64,000 bases of DNA from Priapulus caudatus. Lineage: Eukaryota. The stretch lies in assembly GCF_000485595.1 (NCBI RefSeq), contig NW_014577085.1:433963-497962 (forward strand), written 5' to 3'. The notes beneath the pieces were generated by a model. The model was not told where the DNA came from, did no database searches, and saw only the letters and a program-made list of their open reading frames with translations. Shown in pieces: positions 43,891 through 57,226 of this stretch. Numbering within the stretch: position 1 is the stretch's first letter; the number at the start of each line of letters is the position of its first letter. A program made the position numbers and the translations under genes.

Positions 43891-44872
43891 CACATTACAA
43901 CGGTAGCTATCTGTTTATGTGAGAATATTTACATCTCGATTCAATGTGACAGTAACGCAAACTACTACATTATATCTCTCGTATTATCACATTATCTCTA
44001 TCAGACGAAAATAATACAATTCTAAAAGCGTGTGCGCATTCAACCTTGTGGGATATCAGTTCTGCTTAGCAGTTAGTATGTGACGCTTCAACAAGCACCG
44101 GACAGCTGATCTTCAGGCTGTCTTCGAAAAGATTACGAACACTCACCACACCTTTTACTTACGCGTTACTAGTGAAAACATTGAGCGTGCGTAAAAACAG
44201 TTTGCACCGTTACTAACCGTAGACATTCTGTACTCTTCAACACACGTTTCGAAAAATTATTGGAATGAGAGCCATTGTGATCAGTATAATGTGTTCAACC
44301 GGTCGAAAATGATACAAAGTTTGTATACTACATTTGTAGTAAATCCTATTACGAAAAATGTCAAGCTTGAGTTATACGTATTAAATAAACTCTCTTAATA
44401 TTTCTCTACGTATATCTACTTTTTACTGAGATATTTTGATCCCAATGTTATCATTCCTTCAAAAAGAAAATAGTGCAATGCGATGTTTTTTTTACATCAG
44501 CAGATAGTTCGGTATTCTACATCGCCCTTTTCTAATAACAGCACACGGATATACCCGATAGATTAACAATCTTTGACGCATATTTTAGCGATAGCGATCA
44601 GGTTTCTATTCTGTCGCTCATTATGACAGTTTCTTAGCCTGGAGCGTTTCATGCTCCTCACACCTTCAATTCAGATTTCAACGATGAACTATTATGCACT
44701 GTCAGTAATCCACCTACGCAGCCAAGGAAAAATCACGCGCAGCGGAATAGATGTGATGACATCAAATAATAATACAATTCTATAATTTCAAACGATAAAT
44801 AGACACGCGATATAAACTCGGTTGCCGTTATTCCCCAATGCTCACAACGAAACTATAATAACGTAGACGTAC

Positions 44873-44975
44873 CGTTTCTGTTACTGGCACTACTGGCCAC
44901 CAGTCTGGAAGCGAATGCCTTTCCGCTCGCCCAGTGACCGACAAATTTCCCGTACGACAATACCATGATCTCCAT
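44873..44975 (-). CDS. Candidate alternative upstream coding exon of DAAM
   Basis: ATG-initiated 34 codons (MEIMVLSYGKFVGHWASGKAFASRLVASSASNRN) ending G|GTACGT in phase 1, in frame with the DAAM acceptor at 42690 (G+AT TCG TTG GAG GAG ATG). Confidence 0.35.
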
Positions 44976-47900
44976 GCTCTCACGCCGAAACTGCGGCAGC
45001 GGACTGTCGCCAGTCACTGCCAGCGGACGATAGAAGCACGGGCCGCTGGCGTATAATCGTATTCGCATACATCGTTAGACCTCACAGCATCCGCCGATCA
45101 CGCAAATAATTGATAAGCCACGTGCGCAGTCTCTCAGTGGGCGATTACACCCGCGCGCATATGCTCTCCCGTACTACTTGTCGGATGCTGAGGGAAGTCG
45201 TGCGCAGCGTCTGCATCGCTGTCTGGTCGTGACCCAGTGAAGCCCACAATTGCTGCTGTTTCTGACCTAGTAAACCTTATTTGTGATACCGTGTCAGTAC
45301 GGCTCCAATCGCAGCAGCAATAACGCTGTCGTTTTTACAGCTATTACGCGATGTAAAGCTATATAGGCAGCCGAGTTAGAATCAATAAAATCATTTTTTA
45401 AATTCATTTCACGCGGCAGTCTACTAAATTCCCGCGCACTGGCATTAGTAATGGTAATGTTGACACAAGATTACGCTAAACGATAGGGTGGAGTTAGGCG
45501 GTGTGGGTGTGTAGATGTTCTCACGGATACGGACGTAGCTGGTACGTATCTCCCACAAGTGGATTTTGTAAACATATCTTCAAGGCTGTTCGAACCGCTA
45601 AATACAAATTACAACAATGTTGTCGCTACATTACAATTGAACGTCTATCCGTCTTGCACGAGTGATTGACACACTGTTCTGCATACCGACTGACAGTAGT
45701 AGTACCCAACCATTACGAACGATTATGATGAAGCCAGTCTGTAGTTTCCACGCAGATATTTCGATCTTTGAAAACACTGCCGACAAACAGTTTCGCTCCT
45801 AGCTGGTTGTTAGTGAGAAGAAAGGGGCGCGATCATCCTGGATATTATCGTCTCTATACTGCAGCGATCGGTGGTGGGTACGCTTACTGTGAATTCAGAA
45901 ATGATGCACAGAAAGTGTTAAAGTTGTAATTTAAGCGAAGGTTGTGGCCTTCACATGATCTGTACTGATTGTGTTCAGCGTAGCGGGCTAATTAGCTTGT
46001 TCATCTCTATAATGACATGCGAGAATGGATACACTTGCCGTACAAAATGAAAGGGAATATAGTGAATGCATAGAGTTACTAAACATCTGCCCGTCTGCAG
46101 ACGCAGAGAGTGTCGGGGCTGCATGGGCTGGATAATAATGCAATGAATTATTGATGGTGGCGGAATGAAAGCATGCACGCAATCACTCGCCTACCATGTT
46201 CAACGCAAACCCACCCACTATACATCTATAATTTACAGAATATTTCGTTTACACTGCGATCAGACCAATTATCCGTTTAGATGGCATAATTAGGACAAAC
46301 AAACGAGGTGAAATAAAATACAGCGTATATTTACTTTTTCACATTATTTGAACAAAATAAAGAGCCACATTTGCGGTATCTGTAGTAGCTTTTTTTTAAA
46401 GAAATGCAAAACGCGCGATCTATGTCAATGAAACGTTATTCAAATATTTATGCAAACTGAGTAAAGTATTTAATTTAACGCGAAATTAGTCCAATATAAC
46501 TAATTAATTGCACAAAAAGTGCTATGCAAAAGTTATAGTTTTCATACAATATAGTATAACCTTCGACGGGATAAATTCGGAGTGTATAGGGAGAATGAAG
46601 AGATTAAACGCTGTCAGTCTCCGTCCTTGGATTTCATAGTAAATCATTAAATGTGGTATAGAATCGGCGCGGTGTTTTGCCACAGAACTAGGTCAGCACC
46701 GATGCGAGAGTTTGCCTACATTCTCGTCTCATCACATTAATTCAAGACGACAGCACTTCACGTTCCTCTCATGTACATCGGCACTTAGCCGCCCAGCACA
46801 TCTACGCGATCGCTGCAGATGCTAGCGATGCTAGGAATCAGCGTATTGCTGAGGCAACTACTCACATCATCAGCTATGTATCATCGCGCGGTAGCAGCGC
46901 CAACATCGTACGATTACTAGCCTTTGCGTTCCCCATAATGAGGTAAGGGCGACCGCCATAGCGCCGCGCTGTCGCCAGCGCCGAATTATACAATTTCCAT
47001 TTGATTTGCTATCTATGAGTGGAACACAGCGCCAATAGAAACGGATAAATAGTAGACTCTGCTGCCTGCACAGGATTCATGAAGCAGAACACGTATCCAT
47101 TGTGTATAATCATAAATTTTATGATGAGTCGTAATCACAGTAACGTGTGCTCCTCTAAAAGTGCGCGAAAGTGCGGTGACGTGCAGAATGACATCGAAAT
47201 CGTGACAGGTCATTAAAATATAGAATGGTTTAACGCGCATTCTCCTCACATGACCTATTCCAGCGAGCCGACAACGAAATACTATATACGTAGTTTCGCG
47301 AGAATAGTAGAAATCTCAAACATTGTCTCATAACTGTACAATACCTGCTGCACCGTTGATCCGCTTCTTTCGCAGACTTTCCCTGAACGGAATGGGAGAT
47401 AGAGGGATGTACTTCCCGAATCTTGCCTTCATCTTTGCACTCATAATTAAAGGGTCCACTTGTGCTTTAGACGAAACACCGCACACAGATTTTATTCTGT
47501 CTTATCTGATATAACGCTCACGCTCTTCGCTGTAAAACCGTCTTGCTTCCCAAAGTTGACTCCAAACTCCGCAAACAGTTACATGCATGCACACTAAGAA
47601 ATAGAGTAGTTAGATACTGGCAAAGGAGCCTCTGATATTATGGGCTATTTGGGACTAGCCAACCGCTCAACGTGCAATATGTCTAATTACACCGGTCAAT
47701 CAATGCGGATACCAAATTCAAATGTTATATAATCACTGCTCTTCAATGACAAGAGCATTGTGTCTCTGTTCTTGCATGTCCTTGACATTTATATGCAAAA
47801 TATGCACGCAGGAAGAGACCGGCAGAATGTAATGGCAAGTCTGCCTACTATAGCAGCTATTTGTGTAATCACAGATGCGCGCGCATTATCAGGTCCGTCT

Positions 47901-50852
47901 TCAACGAAAGCTGCGAGGGCAAACGCGATCGTTTCTCTCGTTATTTATGTAATAGTCTGTCTGCAACGCACCTGCGGTGGTCTTAACCAGTCGTTTGCTC
48001 GGTTGGAATGCTTTTCGGAAACGTACTCTTTAACTGCGTCGTGCGCACGCCACTCACAACAATAGCCATATTATGCAATCTAAGCAGCGCAGGGGAGAGC
48101 CGTGAAATGGGGGTTTCTTCTACGGAAATACCACCGCTTTCCCTTTCTCTGCCACGCTCGCTATAGCGAGCTTTTCATCATATTAAAAAAAAGCTGAATT
48201 GAAGTTTTTAAATCCAGTACTTCAAGGCCAGACATGTCTGAGATTATACATGCACGGGGACTGCATCCTCTGCTGGTGGCTGGCTAGGTTGTTAGTATCA
48301 CGCGAGCATAGACGACGGTACAGAGCACATATATACCGATCAACTGTCGATAAAACACACGAACACACGTCTCAAGTCTGCGTCAAGATTTCACAACATT
48401 TCACTGATTGTCAGTTTTTCGTTTCACATTTCACAGATTGTCAGTTTTTAGTTTCACAGTTCACAGATTTTCCTATCAAAATTCAGCAATGTATCCGTAA
48501 GATGATTTCGTCGTACGTTAAGGAATTTCGATGGAGCCGCTATATATGCGATACAGTTCAATGTTTGAGCGCGGCAGGGTTTTCGCCTTCATAGCGCCGC
48601 ATAGATGAGATTCACCAAGTATCAGAGAAGCCGGGAAAACTAAATCAGCTTTATTCAGCTCTGAATTGCTTGCGATGCTTCTCCAACAAGAAAAACGACG
48701 GTATCCAGCACATCCGACATGAAGTTATTTCTCTGTCTATCGTCGTATTACTGCATGCATATAACGACTGGTTATATTCACTCTGGTATAAACATTGACT
48801 CGCAGAACTAATATTCTGTATGTCCTCTTTAGCCAACCGTATTCCAACCTATACTCTCAGATCACGGCATTTATCAATCATTCTGCAATTTACGATCCAA
48901 TCCCCCGACCAACTTTTTGCACACAGGCTGATTTTCAAACCTACACGCGCGCACACATACGGATATGTATATGTGAGCTCGTCTATGTGCGACCAATACC
49001 ACCAGTCAGCTGTAACACCTTCAGTGTCATCAAAACAGCGAAAGGAGCCAATAGTGGACGCTACTGGAGTTTAAGGCATGTTTTGACCATTTGCAGAGAG
49101 GCCAGCGTTAAGAGGATTTCCATGTTGATCAAACACGGGACATTTTCCCGAACAAAGACGACCATCTACGTGGCTGTACGTAATTGTATAGATTTTTTTA
49201 TCGCACAATGAGTCGAAGGGGGTCACACCAAGGTCCCGTGTATGCGTACGGTACATATACCGACCACAATGGCAACAGGAACATTTATTCCTAAAGCGGG
49301 CTGGCCCAGCAATTCTTGGTCATTTCAAGGAGAAGGACAGACATATCAAAAGGCAACCTAAACGTTTAGTAGGATGAATGAGTAAATAGAAAAACCGAAA
49401 AGTTTATACTAATGTGTGTTATGAAGTTAGGATTATGCCTACCAAGGTCATAATCGATCGTTCGAGTTGCTTTCGCTTGCACGATACAATTTTCTGGAAT
49501 AATAGCGAGCAGTTAACGTGCCATTTTTATGCTATGTTAGGACCATGTGGGTGATCATCGACAGCTAAAGTTACGATCTTGCAAATTTGTAGCTGCAAGT
49601 TGCAGTCTATATATATTTAGCTGAATTTGATTACATTCAAGCGAACACTGTACATGTATAAGTGAAAGACACGATAAAACTAGACATATTCCATATCCTA
49701 GATATATCTCCGGGTATACATTGTTCCTATCGTATACTCCGCGCGAATATGTGATCTCCGTTCTAAATTTATAAATTCGACCAAACAGTATATATTTCTG
49801 TGGAAAAATTCGTACCGGACATGTATGCGTCAACACAAATCTTACCAAATGATAGAGTATATAGAAAAATCTAGGAAGATGGGGTCGCCTTGTATTTATT
49901 CAAGTATCACTGTTGAGTAGGTGCCGTCTACGATTAATTTCGAATAAACGTGTTTTCTCTTAGCAATTATGGAATGCGCGAAAACAACGCTTATACCTTA
50001 TGTCGCTGTACAGGGAAATTAATTCGCACATATAATTATAAAACAAAAAATTATTAAAGACATGGTGGTACTGGTGGTGAAGTAAGTACACGTGTGCTCT
50101 TGCTCTGCGCTCTGAGTCTCATGTGTAGTTTCAACCAAATAAGAATGGGGCTGGGTTTATATCAATGCAGTTTCCTAGGTAAAAATATCATTTCCTGATT
50201 TCAGGTTATATAAAATCGCAATTCAACGATTTCCCGCGCCCCGATTCACCTACTCCAGAATCACGAAAAATTCATCCGGTATTTCCCGGTCCCCAGATCA
50301 GATGCCGCGTTCCGCATCACCTCTCAAATAATAATAATGCGACTGCAAATACGAATGACAATGTACAAATAAAAATTCCTACTAATATATGCTTCAGTAT
50401 TTAAAAAAAGAGCCTTGCGCTACCTGCACCAGGGACAATTGTCATATACAATATAAGTGATATATATTTGATTTTAGTTGATAAATATATGATATATATA
50501 TATATATATATATAATATATATATATACTACCGATCTCTTGATTGACAGGTTGACTCTAGCTATAAGACGACATCATGTTTTGCGAGTTAATGGTAAGTA
50601 GATCTCGATAGACTAACGTTAGTCGTTAGTAATAATGGTGACAACGACACGGTATTCCTATACATTACATGTGTTTGTATAATCTGACTTGTATTAATAT
50701 GACTGTAATTGTATAATATATAGGCCCCTATACTGTATATAGTCTGTACCATCAGACTATTGTTTTCTATATTATTTCTATTGTATAATCAAGAGCGTAT
50801 AATTTAAGAATTAGTGTTATTCTTTAATACGCTCTTGGCTGCTATGATTAGC

Positions 50853-50910
50853 CATAGAAATAATATAGATAATTCATTACTCTATATTATTAATCATATT
50901 ATTTCTTAAG
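50853..50910. mobile_element. 58-bp micro-MITE, CATAGA terminus, 7-bp TSD
   Basis: GATTAGC|CATAGAAATAATAT...ATATTATTTCTTAAG|GATTAGC. Confidence 0.6.
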
Positions 50911-51126
50911 GATTAGCAGAGTATAATATTTGATAGTACGGCTCTGCGAGTATGAAACCATAATAACTTAGTAATACCAATGAAGAACCACTAAAAAACG
51001 ACCAGCCGGACCAAATGTATCCAATAGCGTATGTGTTACAAGATAGCTATTTTTACCCATGCGTGCGTAGCGTAGATTGAACTATGTTTTCCTTGGTGTC
51101 AAACTTGAGTAAGAATTAAAGAATAA

Positions 51127-54100
51127 ATGGTAAGGCAATGAATCAAAGTCTTTGGTAGGTGAAACCTAAAAAGAAAACCCAGTAGGTTAGCAGATGATAT
51201 ACTTCAAAAAAATCTTTATGTAAGTTCTAACATCTGCAGAATCAACGTTTGACATGTGCTGAGCTACGTACCATTACGCACTGACAAATTACAGTACTGT
51301 GCAAGTAGTCACCAGTTGTGTGTAATTATACTATTGTTTAGAGTGATGTTTGTGCAGGTAGTAGTCCGCTAGGCTTGATTGATATACCATTATATTATCC
51401 TTATAAATGGTCCCTTCAGTCTATAACATCAGAGAGTAAAGAACATCAGTCAGTCATTCATTTAACTTCCTCGTGCCAGCTGCTGATGAGTGTCAATAAC
51501 AAAAAAAAGTCTATATTCGGCGTAATATTCATCGAGTTTGAAGATCAAACATTAGTAAATGAATAGTATATGTACGTGTAGCAATTTATTGCAAAAAATT
51601 GTTTTTCAATGACTAATGGCAATACAACCACATAATTTCCAGTTTTGGCCAGGTTTCCAAATGAAATTCATCGGACATTCCATCTTAAAACAATTTATTA
51701 CTGAATACGAGTATGGCACCTGTTACGAAATTAATTGTGTTAACAATTCAAATAGCCTATATGTCCCGTATATACCACATACCATTACGGGTGCCTGCTG
51801 CGCTTTTGGAACCTAAGCTGTTCATCCCATATCTAAACAATATATATAGTAACTCTAAACAAAAATGACAATTTCAGCTCCATAACAACGGCAACAGAGA
51901 CAGATTATAAATTCACGATGTCGTCCCACCTTAAGGCTCGTCGCTAAGTATCGCTCATAGGCTATGTCCCGCCAGGGTACGCCGAACTACCCTGGGTACG
52001 GTCCGGTATACCGGAACGTACCCTGGTCACTATTGATATGGTTGGTTAGGATTTAAGGTAGGGTGTTAGGGTTAGGGTAGGTAGGCGTAGGCGACTCCCA
52101 GACTCGTTAGTGAGTAGGCGAGGTACGTCGCATATTAGATAGTACCAGGGTACGTTCCGGTATACCGGACTGTACCCAGGGTACGTTCCGGCAGTACCCC
52201 GGGGAACATGACAGACCCTCTCAGCATAACTATCACTTGCGTAGTAAAAGTTCAATGTGTGAACAATGAATTAAATTCAAATAAACAACTATACTTTGCA
52301 GATTTGACAAAGTATTCGACCAGTCTACGAAGCAGGATGAAATTTTTGAGACGGTTGCAAAACCTGTTGTTGATAGGTCAGTGAATATTTCAATGTTCAA
52401 TACACACAATACCACATGTTCAAGAACATTTATAATATTGATATAAAACTGCAGTATGAATCATAATTATTTGTAGTTGTTGCTATCTAGATTTCCTCTG
52501 TATGAAAGATATTGTAATTAATTTTTGCCAAGTTAACAGACATGATATATTAAACATTTACATTATATAGAGTCTGATTTAACATTGTAATAATTTTGAA
52601 TTTATTCCAAATTTTTAGTGTGTTGGGTGGATACAATGGTACAGTGTTTGCATATGGACAGGTACGTAAATATGATTTAATATTATGTAGGCCTATTGGT
52701 TGTGATATTTCATAATATTGCCATATATGTTCTTCATCTGCTACTGCCTGTTACATGGCAGTCGGTTGAATATGAATTTCTGTGCAGTAAACTAATTATA
52801 TGCGAACCATGTTATTCAATAATTTATTATTGATTAGTATATTACATGATATTACAATAAATGGAACAAGGAATGTTGTCGTAAAGCATGTGGTGTGATG
52901 TAGTTGATAATAATTTCTGCTTAAACTGCTCATTCCTTGAACTGATATGACATTATATTTCTGCCAGGTGCTTTCGTTGTTACTGTTAGCATGCTAAAGT
53001 TAGTGAACTGGGGGATTATAGTGACTTGGCAGCGCCATCTGTGAGGGTGACCCCAATAATTTTATGACTGGCCAGATCTATGGAGCCAGTAGAGGCATGA
53101 ACACCCATAACCATGCCCAGCATAAAGTATTGTGGGAATTTTTGTATGCGTGCCAATTTAAACATATTATATATGAAGAATTTAGGGCAAATTATACTGT
53201 GATACACATAGCTATTCCGTATTATACCTGAGGCAGTTCCATAAAGTTTTATTTGTGTTTGAAATTGCACAACGTAATTCCATGATTTTTCTATGTTGAC
53301 TCACGTAGCTCATCATGGTACAGAAGATATTTACATTCGCTTTATGAGGCCTGCATAAACACCAAGTTCCAACTATTCAGAATCACTCATTCACTCTGCT
53401 TTTCCCTTTAAATACCGCATCATATCCACATTTCATTTCGTATTAACACCGAAGTAACCGTGTTATTGTGTATAGAGTCGTGTTATTGTGTATTGTGTAT
53501 TGTGTTAATGTATCAAGTTCTCGCAGGAGTCAGTCAATTCATGTGTCATTAATTAAATTGTGGGTTTAGTTTCCGTAACGCAACCTGCAAGTTACCAAGT
53601 TATATTAGCTCCACGTCTCTCCTAAAAGGTAATGCTCCAGTTAATCCCAGTTGCCATAATTGTACTGATTTTCCACCCACACCATTCCTATAGAGCCCAT
53701 GAGATTCCTAACCTATCCCACATACTAGGTGGCCAACTACAAATCACAAGAAAAATAGTATTTCGTTTTACTTTCTGAGTTACCAACTGAACTTGAGAAT
53801 GAAGCGGTCAATATGTATATTAGTTTGAATTTACATCACGTATTTGAGTTCAGAATATCTAAGCAGCTATATGCACACGATATTTACCATGGTAGTTGTT
53901 ATCAACCAGTATGCAGAATGAATCTTCTGTAGTCTAATTGTGTTTAAACATATATGTAAGTGAATTTGCGACCGTGTAATTAGCCATCTCTGAGTTTCCT
54001 ACTTTATAAATTACGAGGATGTGCAACATTGATATATCCCTGGCCTAGTAGCAGTATAGCTGCATGGAACAGTGAGTACTCTGACGAGTGAACCTTCCCT

Positions 54101-54888
54101 TCAGGCCACCTGCAGAACAGGTTGAGTGCCGCTAACCATTCAAACAAGCAAACTTTAAGTTATGTTAATGTGAAACACGGAAGAACTGTGAAAAGTGGGT
54201 GTGAGCATTTGTCTATGCTGTAATATATATGCCGTTCAGCCCCCTCACAATATCCCCGCACTGCTTTCACTCATAATCGCACCTGCCAATTAGAGAATGA
54301 ATCAACGTAGGTCGTGTTTGCATTTCCTCTACCCCAAACTTCTTGAGAGTGTGGCCTCCAAACATGGAAGCAGCTATCGTGGGTTGATATGTACACCTGA
54401 GAGAAATCTCTCTTCTTCATAAATTGACTGAAGCATAATAAACGCTCAGTTGCACATGAAATTTGTATATTTCTTGTGACCAAACTAGCAACACCATACG
54501 TCGTTACTCTATGTTACAAAATGTCCCAGTAGAAGCAGTTGCAGGGGTTACTTTCAAATATTTACATGTCCAAATATCTTGATATGTCTGTCGCCACATA
54601 TTTCTATGTTTACTAATATAATACGAGAATATATGTAACCAAATAAGTTGCTTCTATATCGTCTGATAGGATCTGCGTCTATGATGGAGCGTTTGTCTTC
54701 ATAAATCACGTATAATTTTTTCCAACATACATTCTTTTGTGCATTAGTTAATGTATTAGTAAAAGCAAGTTGCTGTATTGCAGACTGGTAGTGGGAAGAC
54801 CTTCACAATCACAGGTGGCGCGGAACGGTTTGCAGACAGGGGTATCATTCCCCGCACCCTCTCACACATCTATAGCTTCTACCTAAAG
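51127..54888 (+). CDS. KIF6: Kinesin-9 family KIF6, 5' exons only (motor N-terminus and P-loop); first two exons appear disrupted
   Basis: Clean exons 52302-52376 (FDKVFDQSTKQDEIFETVAKPVVD), 52619-52661 (VLGGYNGTVFAYGQ) and 54784-54888 (TGSGKTFTITGGAERFADRGIIPRTLSHIY, close to KIF6 TGSGKTFTITGGAERYSDRGIIPRTLSYIF). Degraded exon 1 from 51127 (MVRQ*IKVFGR/VKPKKK vs KIF6 MVKQTIQIFARVKP) and exon 2 ~51420-51520 (LPR..AD..VNNKKKS). No further exon was recognised in the window. Confidence 0.88.
51953..52225 (+). mobile_element. GCTCATAGGG-family MITE copy 5 (many 1-nt deletions)
   Basis: Same TIR, core and TTAGGG tract; flanks CTAAGTATC / ATAACTATC (7/9 match). Confidence 0.85.
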
Positions 54889-56985
54889 GTGCGTATATAT
54901 CCATGTACTGTAACAGCTCACAAAACTACCGAAGATTCTTCAATTCTTCTATCTATGAATGTTAACACTGATATGTTATACTCTATTATTACTCATCCGT
55001 GAGTTTCAAAACCCCACGAGACTTTGTAAAAGTTTATTCAAGTTTATCTACCGGAAAGAGGAAGCTGTGATTTAAGCAGCATTATTATAACTGCCCATGG
55101 TAACTACATGTCATTATTCTGGTTTTTAAAGATATTTGTTCTTCAGTATCATATGTAATTGGATAAGCTTTAAAGTAATTTAAAATTCAAATTTCCATTA
55201 CTTCCAAAGTGTGAATTGCTTCCCGTTTGAGTCAGTCCTTCCGTGTCTAGCTGTAATTGTAAATTGCTTGATAGTCATAATGCAAGTAGATTTGGTGTCG
55301 GTCACAGTGTTGCTCTATAGGTATTACTGGTACGGAATTATCACTAGCCTCAGGTGTCAACCTCGTTAGTGCACAGGTAAAGCAAAGCTTGAATATATGC
55401 TTCACCCCCTGTAGAGCATGAACACGTGGAACTTCCGATTATACGTAGTCGCAATTCTTCTAATTTATGATGTTGACATCAGAGATGGGGGATTCAGGGT
55501 GGAGAAATAAGCAGGTAGATGAATAGAGGTGGGACACCTGGTAGGATCGTATGTGAAGTATATGTATATGGGCGTGGCTAAATGTTGGCTTGTGAATGCA
55601 GGGTAATTAAAAGGATTTTTGTATAGCAAATAACACACCCTAAAGACGTTTTACTATAGGGGTCTAGGTCTATCTATAAGACGTTTTTTTTACATTATAA
55701 ATATGTATGCACTTATGATACTATATTGCAGCACTTTTTTGCATTGTAATTGTTTAATTTTATTTGCATAGCACTGCAAATCGTTGCAGGTTTTTTTTTT
55801 GGAGGTATATAGATCAAGATATCTGACGATAGATGCATTTTGACTGCATCTGACTAGATTAGGAATTACCCTGAGGTTATATAGCTGGTTGCACATTACT
55901 AGACATCGAGAGTAATCTAGATGTCCTGCAATCTGAATCATGTAAAAATTATGTCAGTAACATCTGATTTCACGGATAGTAACACGTATGATACATTCTC
56001 CTTTGTCCTCTAAATCACATATATGTTATTTCCATTACATTGATCTAATATATAAATATTTACAACGATTTCACTTCAAAGAGTAATGCCGCTCCCACAG
56101 CCCATACTCTCCAAGTTCATTGTTATTGTCACTTCAATTTACTGCCATTGATTCTCTACCTATCAATTCTATCCTCTCCCTCCATTCACTTCGCCGTTTC
56201 TAACTCCGCATCCTTATCCCTCTTCTTCCCCCCTCTAACTACTCCGTTCTCCCCCTCTTCTCTACCGTTTACTTTTGTATTCGAATTCTCAACTTCCTCG
56301 ACTCCTTTCCCAACCCTCCTTCCCTTGTTCCACTAATATCCCCTCTTCACTTCTACTCAACTTCACACCCTGTCTGTCCGACTCGATCTGATATATGTGT
56401 GCACGCAGTATAGCGTTGATATCCAGAGCTACTGATATATTAGTATAGTACAGTGTATCATTGTTGTTACCGATGTTTGCCTCCCCGCGGCGAGAAGCGT
56501 TTCTGTGGGTACACCGCCCAGTCAATGACATATTATGAGTCTATGCGTGCTGCGAGTCGACGACCTGCGGTCATCGATGTAGCGACTAGCGATATACTTG
56601 CCACCGCTTCTATACTCAGCCCGCTGGCTACTGCAACTTCTACACGCAACACCGCGAAATGCGCAAAAGCTAAAGCGTAATGTTTCGATCGCGCTGGTAT
56701 ACGCGCACGCGCATAGGCGAGAGAGGTGATCAATGCAAGTGGACCGCCGGAGCGGTGTTTGTTTCGGGAGAGTTACGGTAAGCCTGTGAGAAGGAAGCCG
56801 TGTGCTGGAGAGCTAGGTGACGTATGAAATATACGACGGCTGCCGCGTCTGCCATCCGTATTAACTAACATCGGTGTGGTTGGCTGGGTAACTACGCTAG
56901 CTAGCTGGCTAACCAGCCGATGTGGCTGCATGGTTCGTGAATCGTTGATCGATTACTGCAGTGTGAGGTAAATGTTTATGCGTAG

Positions 56986-57226
56986 TTACCTCCGCCCAAC
57001 GGAGTTGGAGGGGGTTATGTGATCGCTCTCGTGTAGTGTGTTCGTGTGTTAGTGTGTTCGCGCGATCGATATTAGCGCGTCGAGTCAGCGAGCCAGCCAG
57101 CAGCAGGCCAGTCAGTCAGCAGCAGCCAGCAGCGAGCGGCGAGCCAGCTCGTAACACATACATGTTAAATGGGGCGTATGTCGCTGGCGGAGGTATGCAC
57201 TCTCCGTGAGTGCCCTCTGTCTAGTT
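56986..57226 (+). mobile_element. Helentron-associated non-autonomous element (HINE/DINE-like)
   Basis: 5' subTIR TACCTCCGCC, internal microsatellite-like tract, 3' subTIR GGCGGAGGTA followed by hairpin GCACTC-TCCGT-GAGTGC and a CTAGTT end. Confidence 0.75.

Noticed and set aside
55780..55830. Possible next KIF6 exon (FLEVY-like)
   Set aside because: No continuation matching YNE.GYDLL and no consistent reading frame.
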